A DNA stretch of 64,000 bases from Planctomycetota bacterium (GTDB lineage Bacteria; Planctomycetota; GCA-002687715; DRQF01): contig JAZGFI010000103.1 of NCBI GenBank assembly GCA_036479435.1, positions 1 to 64,000 on the forward strand, in the 5' to 3' direction. The translations under genes were made by a program, and so were the position numbers. This document shows, one piece after another, positions 9,724-18,328 of the stretch. Each line of letters starts with the position of its first letter. The stretch's first letter is position 1. The notes beneath the pieces were generated by a model. That model worked only from the letters and a program-made list of their open reading frames with translations. It searched no databases and was not told the origin of the DNA.

Positions 9724-10401
9724 ATGTTCACCGGCATCGTCGCCAGCCAAGGTTTGTGCTTTGAGGTCGCGCAAAGTGACGCGGGGCTCGACTTTTGGGT
9801 CGAGTTGGGAGATCTTCGGGCTGCCGCTCGTGTCGGCGACTCGATCGCCGTCAAGGGTTGTTGTCTGACCATTGAAGAATTGAGCGCAGTCGCGGCCTTG
9901 TTTCACGCGGGTCGAGAAACCCTCGACCTCACCAGCCTCGGCAAGCTTGCCGATGGTGAGATCGTCAATCTCGAAGCTGCGTTGAAAATGGGAGACCCCT
10001 TAGGCGGTCACGTGCTAAGTGGTCACGTCGATGCTTGCGGCGAGATCGTCGCCATCAAAGCGGAGTCGAGTCAAACCGTCATGACTTTTGAGCTTCCATC
10101 GGGGGGGCAGCGTCGCGTTTTGAAAAAGGGCTCCATCGCGATCGACGGCGTGAGCCTCACCATTACCGAGGTCGCACAAAACCAGGTGAGCGTAGCCCTC
10201 ATTCCCCATACTCTTAAGGTCACCGGTTTTGGCCGCGCCTCAATCGGAGACGCCGTCAACATCGAATTCGACCAAATGGGAGCCTGGATACAAAAGGGCG
10301 TCGAGGCTGCCCTTCGCGACGAGATGAACCGGGACACCCTTTTAGATCAACGCGTCGAGGCCCTGGTAAGTAAGGCCCTTCGCGACCGAGGAATCAACTG
10401 A
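9724..10401 (+). CDS. ribE: Riboflavin synthase (alpha chain)
   Basis: MFTGIV start, GDSIAVKGCCLT, VNLE, GGHVLSGHVD, KGSIAIDGVSLT. Confidence 0.95.
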   Translation: MFTGIVASQGLCFEVAQSDAGLDFWVELGDLRAAARVGDSIAVKGCCLTIEELSAVAALFHAGRETLDLTSLGKLADGEIVNLEAALKMGDPLGGHVLSGHVDACGEIVAIKAESSQTVMTFELPSGGQRRVLKKGSIAIDGVSLTITEVAQNQVSVALIPHTLKVTGFGRASIGDAVNIEFDQMGAWIQKGVEAALRDEMNRDTLLDQRVEALVSKALRDRGIN

Positions 10402-10402
10402 G

Positions 10403-11386
10403 ATGAGCGCTCGCCCCATTTCGCTGACGGGTATTAAGCCCACCGGAACGCCGCATATTGGCAATCTCCTCGGTGCCATTCGGCCCGCCTTGGAGTTGAC
10501 CAAGTCCTACCAGGGCACCTACTTCATCGCCGACTATCACGCGCTCACCACCGAGCGAAACGGCGATGAGATGCGCGAAAACATCTATCGCGTCGCGGCA
10601 ACTTGGATGGCGCTCGGCCTCGACACCGAGGCCAATCTCTTCTTCAAACAATCCGACATTCCCGAAGTCTGTGAGCTCGCTTGGATCCTCTCCTGTTTTA
10701 CGGGCATGGGATTGTTGTCGCGTGCGCACGCCTTCAAGGACGCTCAAGCGAAAGGGCGTGAGACCAATCACGGTCTTTTTGCCTACCCCGTGTTGATGGC
10801 CGCCGACATTTTGTTGTACGAAACAAACGTCGTGCCCGTGGGCAAAGATCAAAAACAGCACGTCGAGATGTGCCGCGAGATGGCGCAGAGCATCAACCAC
10901 ACCTACGGCGAGGACACCCTGATTGTTCCCGAGCCCTTGGTGCAAGAAAACGTCGCGGTCATTCCAGGTTTGGACGGCCGCAAGATGAGCAAAAGCTACA
11001 ACAACACGATCGAGATCTTTTTGCCGCCGAAGAAGATGCAAAAGATGTTCAACAAGATCGTGACCGGTTCGGAGACTCTCGAAGAGCCCAAAGACCCCAC
11101 GACCTGCAACGTGTTCAGGTTGTTTTCCCTGTTTGCCAGCGAGTCTGAGACAGCCGAGTTGGCCGCGAAATACCGCGCTGGCGACTTTGGCTACGGCGCC
11201 GCCAAAAAAGCCCTGTTCGAACAATATGAAGCCGCCATGGCGCCCTGCCGCGAACGTTACGAAGCCCTTTTGAACGATCGTGGCGAAATCGACCGGACGC
11301 TGCGATCTGGAGCCGAAAAAGCCCGCGAAGTCGCAGAGAGGGTCATGGATCGGCTGCGGACCCGATGTGGTTTCAAACTGGGTTAA
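10403..11386 (+). CDS. trpS: Tryptophan--tRNA ligase
   Basis: TGIKPTGTPHIGN, YPVLMAADILLY, VPVGKDQKQH, KMSKS. Confidence 0.97.
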   Translation: MSARPISLTGIKPTGTPHIGNLLGAIRPALELTKSYQGTYFIADYHALTTERNGDEMRENIYRVAATWMALGLDTEANLFFKQSDIPEVCELAWILSCFTGMGLLSRAHAFKDAQAKGRETNHGLFAYPVLMAADILLYETNVVPVGKDQKQHVEMCREMAQSINHTYGEDTLIVPEPLVQENVAVIPGLDGRKMSKSYNNTIEIFLPPKKMQKMFNKIVTGSETLEEPKDPTTCNVFRLFSLFASESETAELAAKYRAGDFGYGAAKKALFEQYEAAMAPCRERYEALLNDRGEIDRTLRSGAEKAREVAERVMDRLRTRCGFKLG

Positions 11387-11510
11387 CGTGCCAACTTGGG
11401 TTCTGGGTTTTCACCCAAGTTCGACCTCAAATGCGCCGATAGGGGATGAGTCGGCGGTCCACTGGAGGGCCGCATCCCTTCGTCCCCACGAGATGAGGTG
11501 CTTGCGAGCC

Positions 11511-12182
11511 ATGCGTCTTTTCACCTTCGCCCTGTTGTCGATCAGTTTTTTGTTCACGGCCTGTGCCTCAGACCGCCGCGCTTTGGTCTATTCGAACGAA
11601 ATCTCAGCCACTAATTCGGCGGCACCAATCTCTCAGACGACCTCTGATGCCATTGAAGGGCGACGCAGCTTGGTCTCTCGCTCCGGCAAGACCAAAAAAG
11701 GCCCCATCGACCCGAAGCTGGGCATGCCCTCCAAACTCGTTCATGACTCGAAAGAAGTTCCTGAGCAGGTTCGTGCTATCGAGGGGTTCATCGATGTGAA
11801 ATCGGCCATTATCGCCGACGAAATCGTCATCGAAGTATCTAAGAACTACCAGTTCGACGTGAGTCTTGCCGGTGATCGGGTGGGGCACGTCTTGGCGGGC
11901 AAGACCGGAACCGACAGAATCGCGATGGGACCGGCGACCGCTTTCGTGCGCAATCTCAGGATTCGGGGTGACAAGCGTATCCGCTTGAGGATCGCTGGTG
12001 TCGGTACCAAGCCCTTTATTCGCATTACCGCGAAGGGGCATTGCTCACATATCGTGGCACCGGAAGGGCGTCAGCCCAAAATCACCCGCGCGGATGCTAT
12101 CCTTATTCGCAATGACAAAGTCAGCTACGTCCAAAACAACAACGGCCTCGCCAGCGCGAAGCCGACGGCGAAGACCAAGTAA
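11511..12182 (+). CDS. Hypothetical lipoprotein
   Basis: MRLFTFALLSISFLFTAC lipobox; beta-rich C-terminus. Confidence 0.6.
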   Translation: MRLFTFALLSISFLFTACASDRRALVYSNEISATNSAAPISQTTSDAIEGRRSLVSRSGKTKKGPIDPKLGMPSKLVHDSKEVPEQVRAIEGFIDVKSAIIADEIVIEVSKNYQFDVSLAGDRVGHVLAGKTGTDRIAMGPATAFVRNLRIRGDKRIRLRIAGVGTKPFIRITAKGHCSHIVAPEGRQPKITRADAILIRNDKVSYVQNNNGLASAKPTAKTK

Positions 12183-12186
12183 ACTC

Positions 12187-13158
12187 ATGACTTTCCGGGC
12201 GGCCTGGCGTCGTCCGGCGGTCTATTTGTGTTGGGCCTTACTTTGCACGGGCCTGTTTGGCACCGCCTGCGCTAGTGGCGGGCGGAGTCGAGGCTGGAGT
12301 TCGGGCTCTTCATCCAGTCCGTACCGTGGCCAGGGCTTTAGCCGCGAGGACTATCGCCAAGCCCGCATCGCTAACCGCTACGATCTCGCCGCTTGGCTGG
12401 GCGAAATCGAGACCTCGCCCTCGGCGCAACAACGCGCTCGGCTGGGCCGTGACCTTGAAGCCCTCTTAAAATCCGAAACCGACTCCTCACGCCGCGCCGA
12501 GTTCGTCGCCATGGCCAGTTTGGTGGCTAGCGCTGACAAGAGCTTCGACTCTCGTTTGCAATTAGCGCTCGAACGAGCCCCCGACTCGCCTCTCGTCTTG
12601 GGAGCCCGCGCTCGCTACCTCGAAAACCGTGGAGACGCCGAAAAATCTGACCCCCTGTGGCTTCGTGCCGCTCGTCATCAAGATGCGCCGCCCTTTGTGC
12701 TGGAAGGGTTGGCGCGATCTCAGATTAGGCAGCGAGAGTTAGAAGACGCCGCCGATACCCTCGAGCTCTTTTTGGAGTTGCGCCCCCAAGACGAGTGGGC
12801 CTTGTTCAACCTGGCGACCATTCTTCTCGATCCCCTAGACGACCCGGACGGCGCCTTTAAGATCCTCAAATCCTTGGCGACTCGACGGCCCGATGATCTC
12901 GACGTCGCCTTAAATTACGCCACCGCGGCTTTGCTTTCGCGCCGCAACGAAAAAGCTCTCCAAATCATGAAGCAGACCGCGCAGAAGTTTCCGGGCGAAG
13001 CGCTACCCCAATTCAATCTCGCGGTTTATCACGCGGATCACGGCCACAACGAGGCGCAGGCTATCCGTCATTTCGAACGATATCTTGAACTCGGCGGCGA
13101 GCACACCCTGCGAGTTGAGCGCTGGATCCGTGAGCTAAAAAAAGAGACCAACTCATGA
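12187..13158 (+). CDS. TPR-repeat lipoprotein
   Basis: Lipobox FGTAC; TPR motifs (ALFNLA, ALNYA, QFNLAVY..AIRHFERYLEL). Confidence 0.75.
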   Translation: MTFRAAWRRPAVYLCWALLCTGLFGTACASGGRSRGWSSGSSSSPYRGQGFSREDYRQARIANRYDLAAWLGEIETSPSAQQRARLGRDLEALLKSETDSSRRAEFVAMASLVASADKSFDSRLQLALERAPDSPLVLGARARYLENRGDAEKSDPLWLRAARHQDAPPFVLEGLARSQIRQRELEDAADTLELFLELRPQDEWALFNLATILLDPLDDPDGAFKILKSLATRRPDDLDVALNYATAALLSRRNEKALQIMKQTAQKFPGEALPQFNLAVYHADHGHNEAQAIRHFERYLELGGEHTLRVERWIRELKKETNS

Positions 13159-13655
13159 CCGACGTCCGCGCCGAAACTCAGTTTGCGCGTGAGCGAGTTC
13201 TCGACTTATTGGTCAGTGAGCACTGCGGCCTCGTCTCTGAAAGCAGTGCTAAGTCCGATGGATGGCGGGCCGAGTTCATACGCATTGACGATGGCGATCA
13301 GTTCGCTTTATGGGCGCACAAGCCAGATGATGCGCCCTATATCTGTATAGGCATAATCACGTCCATGCCGCCGCCCCGCGGAGCGCACGAACTCGAAGAA
13401 GTCGTCGGCTGCGCCGCCGCCTTTGACCTAAGTCTGAGTTTCGCAGATGGCCGCCGCACCGCGACTCACCTCGCCGCGCGCTTGCCCCTATCTGCACTGA
13501 ACGCCGCCGACCTCAGATTTCACCTCGAAAACCTCGAACAAGGACGGCTCGAAATCCTCGACTGGGATGAGCGCCGCGCCGCGGCCGAAGAAGCGCGACC
13601 CGTGACTTCCCAAGACGTCGATGAGACCGGGGCCGAGAGCGACTCACTTATCTAA
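13155..13655 (+). CDS. Hypothetical protein (possible YbjN/CesT-like fold)
   Basis: ATGA overlap with the upstream gene and TAATG overlap with dtd; acidic 166 aa; the fold is only a guess. Confidence 0.55.
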   Translation: MTDVRAETQFARERVLDLLVSEHCGLVSESSAKSDGWRAEFIRIDDGDQFALWAHKPDDAPYICIGIITSMPPPRGAHELEEVVGCAAAFDLSLSFADGRRTATHLAARLPLSALNAADLRFHLENLEQGRLEILDWDERRAAAEEARPVTSQDVDETGAESDSLI

Positions 13656-14098
13656 TGAAGGTCATCTTGCAACGAGTCAGCGAAGCAGAAGTCCGCGTGC
13701 ACTCCCAAGTCGTCGGCGCCATCAACTCCGGCCTCCTGATCTTAGTCGGTATCCACCAAGACGACACCCCGGCCGAGCTAAGCTGGATGGCCGACAAGGT
13801 CGCCGGCCTTCGCATCTTCCGCGACGCCGCCGGCAAAATGAACCTCTCTGTCGGCGATGCCCAAGGTGCCATCCTAGCCGTAAGCCAATTCACCCTTTTT
13901 GCCGATACCAAAAAGGGCAAACGCCCCAGCTTCGGCGCCGCCGCCCGCCCTGAACAAGCCAAGGCCCTGTTCGACGACTTCTGCAACCTGCTGCGGGCCC
14001 ACGACCTCAAAGTCGAAACGGGCATCTTCGGCGCCGACATGCAGGTAAAGCTCGTCAACGACGGCCCCGTCACCATCCCCATCGAACGAAACGCCTAA
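13655..14098 (+). CDS. dtd: D-aminoacyl-tRNA deacylase
   Basis: MKVILQRV, SQFTL, FGADMQVKLVNDGPVT. Confidence 0.97.
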   Translation: MKVILQRVSEAEVRVHSQVVGAINSGLLILVGIHQDDTPAELSWMADKVAGLRIFRDAAGKMNLSVGDAQGAILAVSQFTLFADTKKGKRPSFGAAARPEQAKALFDDFCNLLRAHDLKVETGIFGADMQVKLVNDGPVTIPIERNA

Positions 14099-14131
14099 CT
14101 CACTCAGCCGAGAGACCCTGAACTTTGTGGA

Positions 14132-14689
14132 TTACTTGCGCGCGGCCTGGGCGACGGCGTAGTTCCATTCTGAAGCCAGTGTGAAAGCCAAGCCGAGGGC
14201 GTCGCTGGCGTCTAAGGACTCGGGCGCGGTGGTCATGTTGAGGAGTTTGACCAGCATGTAGCGGACTTGGGTCTTGTCGGCGCGGCCGTTGCCGACGACG
14301 GATTTTTTGACGGTGGCGGTGGGGTATTCCCAGATGGGAATGTTGCGTTTGGCGCAGGTGAGCATGAGGGCGCCGCGGGCTTCGCCGAGGCGCATGGTGG
14401 ATTGGATGTTCTTGCCGAGGAAGGCCTGCTCGATGGCGATGCCGTCCGGGTGGTGGTTTTCTAAGAACTCGTCGAGGGCTTGGGCGAGTTGCACCAAGCG
14501 TTGGGGGAGGGGATCACGGGCCTTGGTGCGCCAGGTGCCACAGGAGACGGCGCGAAGCCGATTGCCTTCGCGGCGGATGAGTCCCCATCCCGTGGCGGCG
14601 GTGCCGGGGTCGATTCCTAAGATGAATTCGCTTTTGGGTCGCGGCGGCGTGCGGCGTGAATCGGATGGGGAAGTGGGGCTGGGACTCAT
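14132..14689 (-). CDS. ruvC: Holliday junction resolvase RuvC
   Basis: ILGIDPG, IAIE, VKKSVVGNGRADKTQV, DASDAL. Confidence 0.95.
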   Translation of the reverse strand: MSPSPTSPSDSRRTPPRPKSEFILGIDPGTAATGWGLIRREGNRLRAVSCGTWRTKARDPLPQRLVQLAQALDEFLENHHPDGIAIEQAFLGKNIQSTMRLGEARGALMLTCAKRNIPIWEYPTATVKKSVVGNGRADKTQVRYMLVKLLNMTTAPESLDASDALGLAFTLASEWNYAVAQAARK

Positions 14690-14796
14690 GGGCGGGATCT
14701 TAGCAGGGGAGGCCCGCGCCGGGCGGCTGTGCTATTCTCAGCGGCGGGGATCGTTCGTTTGGTTCCCAAAACAAATCATCGGGAGAATTGAGATTC

Positions 14797-15507
14797 ATGG
14801 ACTGCGGAGTCGTCGTGGTGGCTGCGGGCACCGGCAAGCGCTTGGGCCGATCCGAGAATAAAGCGATGGTCCAACTGGGTGATCGGCCGCTGCTATTTCA
14901 CTGCCTGGAACGCTTTGCGGCGGTGAAGGAAGTGAAAGAGATCGTGCTGGTGGTTCACGCGGATGATCGTGCCGAACTCAGTGAAGGTCGCAATCAAGAG
15001 CTTCTTCATGAGTTCGGCGTGGAGCGGATGGTCGAAGGGGGGGCGAGACGACAAGACTCGGTCTTGAACGGCCTCTATGCGCTTTCGAGCAAGCTATCCG
15101 AGGGCGCGATGATCCACGATGCGGCGCGACCCTTTGTGTCACCGGGCTTGGTTTCGGTGTTGGCGAAGTCTCTGTCCAAAAACGCGGGGATCGTCCCCGC
15201 GATTCGCGCCATGAGTACCGTGAAGCGGGTGGGGCAAGATGAGTTCGTCAGCCGGACTGAGAACCGCAAGGACTTTTGGTTGGCCCAGACGCCCCAGGTG
15301 GCGCGCCGTGATATCTTGATTGACTGCCTGGAACGAGTCGATCGCGAATCTTTGGCGGTGACGGACGACGCCCAGGCGCTCGAGTCTTGTGGCTTTCGCG
15401 TGAAGGTCATCGAAGATTCGCGTTGGAACTTTAAGATCACGACGCCTGAGGATTTGGCCTTGGCGGAGCTCGTGTTGAAACAGCGACCCTGGGAGATCAA
15501 GCGGTGA
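14797..15507 (+). CDS. ispD: 2-C-methyl-D-erythritol 4-phosphate cytidylyltransferase
   Basis: AAGTGKR, GGARRQDSV, IHDAARP, AQTPQ, TDDA, NFKITTPEDL. Confidence 0.95.
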   Translation: MDCGVVVVAAGTGKRLGRSENKAMVQLGDRPLLFHCLERFAAVKEVKEIVLVVHADDRAELSEGRNQELLHEFGVERMVEGGARRQDSVLNGLYALSSKLSEGAMIHDAARPFVSPGLVSVLAKSLSKNAGIVPAIRAMSTVKRVGQDEFVSRTENRKDFWLAQTPQVARRDILIDCLERVDRESLAVTDDAQALESCGFRVKVIEDSRWNFKITTPEDLALAELVLKQRPWEIKR

Positions 15508-15980
15508 TCAGAGTGGGATTGGGATATGACTTTCACCGACTGGTTGAGGGCCGGCGATTGGTTTTGGGTGGCATCGAGATTCCCCATGAAAAAGGCCTCT
15601 TGGGACATTCTGATGCCGACGTCGTCTTACATGCGGTCATCGATGCCTTTTTGGGTGCCGCCAACTTGGGCGACATCGGTGATTTGTTTCCCGATGATGA
15701 TGCCGCCTTCAAAGACGCGGACTCGCGAGAGTTGCTCAAAGTTGCGATGGCGAAAGTCGGTGCAGCGGGCTGGAAAGCTGCGAATATCGACCTCAACGTC
15801 TTGGCGGAAAGGCCCAAGCTGAAGCCCTACAAAGAAGCCATGCGAGCGTCGATCGCGGACCTCATAGGCCTCGAAGTTGACGCGGTCTCGGTGAAAGCCA
15901 AGACGCGCGAAGGACTGGGAGACGTCGGGCGCGGCGAAGCCATTGAGGTGCACTGTGTTGTTTTGCTTAGCAAAGTTTAG
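15504..15980 (+). CDS. ispF: 2-C-methyl-D-erythritol 2,4-cyclodiphosphate synthase
   Basis: RVGLGYDFH, GHSDADVVLHA, GDIGDLFPD, KAKTREGL. Confidence 0.96.
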   Translation: MIRVGLGYDFHRLVEGRRLVLGGIEIPHEKGLLGHSDADVVLHAVIDAFLGAANLGDIGDLFPDDDAAFKDADSRELLKVAMAKVGAAGWKAANIDLNVLAERPKLKPYKEAMRASIADLIGLEVDAVSVKAKTREGLGDVGRGEAIEVHCVVLLSKV

Positions 15981-15996
15981 ATGGAGACCGGTTCGA

Positions 15997-17412
15997 TTGA
16001 GCCCGTTCCCGCGTCATAGTCAAGTCGCGGAGCGCTTGCCGACGCCCAAGCGAGCCGTGCGGTTTTCGATTGAATTTTTGGCCGTCATCATCTTGAGCTT
16101 GGGACTCTCGGCGTCACAACTCACCGCGCAGATGCCGGCCAAGCCAAGCGACCTTGAAAGATTAGACCGGCTGACGCGGGCTGTCGAAAGCCTGGTGGCT
16201 TGGGGCGCACTTGCGAAAGACCCGATTTTCGCTCGCCAAAGTCTGGCCAAGACCCGCAGTGAAAAGCGCCTATGGCGCGCGCTCGCTAAGGCCGTCGATG
16301 GGTCATCGAAAACCCCTGCCGTGGATGACCGGCGATGGCCTCAAAAGTCAGTTGATGAACTTGTCGAAAGCCTCAGTGAACTCTCGCCGATTAGCCTGCC
16401 CATGATCGAGAAAGTCGAGACTCGATGGGCGCGCCTCAGCGCGACCTCACCGGGGGCCTTGCGCTATCGACTCGGGTTTTTGAAACAGCATCTTCTTTTT
16501 GAGCTCGGCAAAAGCAGGCTCGAGCCCTGGCGTGACAAGGGCTACTACGACGACCTTTTTCGCTCGCCATCGGCTGAACAGGCTCACTGGTGTGCGGCCT
16601 TTTTCCAGGTCCTGGAGGCGACCGAGCCCGGCCTTCATCACTTGGCCTTGCAAGGTCTCATTGACAACACCGACCTTGCTGCCCGGCCCCAGGTTGTAAA
16701 GCGTTTGCAGGAATTGCGGATTGCCTCGCTCGCCCGGGACGCACAAGCCTCCCTCATCGACGTGACCTTGGCTCGCCTGGGATATCGCCGCCACTATCAG
16801 GCGAGGGTGAAGAAACTGTCGATCTTCATTCGCAGCGAAGCCGCAAAGGGAGATAAGGCGAGCCTGTTGAAGATCTTGGAAGCCGAGGAGAAACTCGCGG
16901 ACCTGTTCGTGGGCCTGCGTGATCACCTGAACGCCGCGATTGCCTACATGGACTATCTCGACATCTTGCTGCCGAATTTCGAAGGTCGCACCGTCGCGCA
17001 GATTCCTCAGGCCTGGCTGGCCAAAACTCAGCGGCAATTTTATTCTCTTGCCTGTTCCGCCACGGGTCTCGGCCGACTGGAACTCGCCTTGTACGCCTTG
17101 GAAATGTCTTTTTCTTACGGCGGGCCGTACTTGGATTGGAGTCGCGAAGACGTTGACCTGAAGAAATTACGCGGTCACAAAAGCTTCAATCCCATGTTGG
17201 ACGCCTGGCGCAGCGACAAGAAACCCGGGGATGCTAAGTCGCGACCAAAGTTTTTTGCGGTGGAAAAAAAAGCACTCGCGGCGCTACGGGCGGTGCAAGA
17301 ACTGTTTGCAGCTTCCCTTCAAGACCAAGGGATCTACAGCGACAGGGCGCGAGCCTTTTGGGGGCTATTCCACTGGGGCTTCGGAGGCATCGTGAAGCGG
17401 GCGTTGGGCTAA
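15997..17412 (+). CDS. Secreted helical protein with a C-terminal TPR-like domain
   Basis: Signal-peptide-like segment ending LTAQ; YSLAC...AL..L...DVDLKKLRG motif; start uncertain (15997 or 16057). Confidence 0.6.
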   Translation: MSPFPRHSQVAERLPTPKRAVRFSIEFLAVIILSLGLSASQLTAQMPAKPSDLERLDRLTRAVESLVAWGALAKDPIFARQSLAKTRSEKRLWRALAKAVDGSSKTPAVDDRRWPQKSVDELVESLSELSPISLPMIEKVETRWARLSATSPGALRYRLGFLKQHLLFELGKSRLEPWRDKGYYDDLFRSPSAEQAHWCAAFFQVLEATEPGLHHLALQGLIDNTDLAARPQVVKRLQELRIASLARDAQASLIDVTLARLGYRRHYQARVKKLSIFIRSEAAKGDKASLLKILEAEEKLADLFVGLRDHLNAAIAYMDYLDILLPNFEGRTVAQIPQAWLAKTQRQFYSLACSATGLGRLELALYALEMSFSYGGPYLDWSREDVDLKKLRGHKSFNPMLDAWRSDKKPGDAKSRPKFFAVEKKALAALRAVQELFAASLQDQGIYSDRARAFWGLFHWGFGGIVKRALG

Positions 17413-18270
17413 GACGGAGATACTGTCGCCCTTCAAGCTAAAGCGGCAGGCGATGCTCCAGGGGAGCTTTTTCAATTCTTCCGCCCAGCGGGCCAGGCCC
17501 TCAAGGCGTGGGAGATGATTGGGACGGAAACGAACCCCATGGGTCGTCATTTCCAAGACGATCAAGCCCGCCTTTTCGCAATGCCGGCGCATGGTCTTGG
17601 GGCTATAGAGACAAAGGTGGTGGGTCGGGTCGATGAGCTTCCATTCTGCACCGATGTTTTCGCGCGTGTAGGATTCGTAGTTGACGGTGTCGATGTAGAC
17701 CACTCCGCCGGGCCGCAGGAGTCGCCGTACTTCCGCAAAGGCCGCACTCGGTGCCGGCAGATGCTCAAAGACAGCGTTCGAGTAGATGGCATCGAAGGAT
17801 TCCGCATCAAGACCGGCGTTTTCCAGATACTCGGAAATGACTTTGAGGCCATGCTGCGATTTGGCGAACTCAGCACAGGCGACGACGGGCTCGATTCCCA
17901 CCGAATCCCAGCCTTGCTCGCGGGCTTGGTAGACAAAGCCCCCGACGTTGGCCCCAATTTCGAGCAGGCGGTTTAGCTTTCGATAGGGCCGGAACTGACG
18001 GAGCTTTTTGGCGTATCGTTTTTGTTTCTTGAGAGCGAAGCTCTTTTTGACGTACTTGTCGATGGTCTCGGCGAAGTAGCTGTCGTTGGCTTCATCCGAT
18101 TCTGTTTTGCCCAAAGACGTGACAATGAAGCGACACTCACGGCAGCGACGGTAGGCCGCACCGTGTTTTTCCAGCAGCAACTCAAAGTCGTTTGCGCCGC
18201 AAAGATCACAGTCGGACGAGTTAGCCGTTTCGGAAGAGGCAGACTCTTGGGGTTTACTAGAAAACCCCAT
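17365..18270 (-). CDS. Class I SAM-dependent methyltransferase with N-terminal CxxC..CxxC Zn site
   Basis: CDLC/CREC, LLEIGANVG, FEHL, LLRPGG, HHLCLYS. Confidence 0.88.
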   Translation of the reverse strand: MGFSSKPQESASSETANSSDCDLCGANDFELLLEKHGAAYRRCRECRFIVTSLGKTESDEANDSYFAETIDKYVKKSFALKKQKRYAKKLRQFRPYRKLNRLLEIGANVGGFVYQAREQGWDSVGIEPVVACAEFAKSQHGLKVISEYLENAGLDAESFDAIYSNAVFEHLPAPSAAFAEVRRLLRPGGVVYIDTVNYESYTRENIGAEWKLIDPTHHLCLYSPKTMRRHCEKAGLIVLEMTTHGVRFRPNHLPRLEGLARWAEELKKLPWSIACRFSLKGDSISVLAQRPLHDASEAPVE

Positions 18271-18328
18271 GGCTTGGGTCTCCGTGTCGCTGAAGGGTTG
18301 AGCGCGGAGTCTAACGAATCTGGTTGAT

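Noticed and set aside
14132..14689. RuvC-domain protein as a TnpB/Cas12-like nuclease
   Set aside because: At 185 aa with canonical Holliday-junction resolvase motifs, it is the housekeeping RuvC
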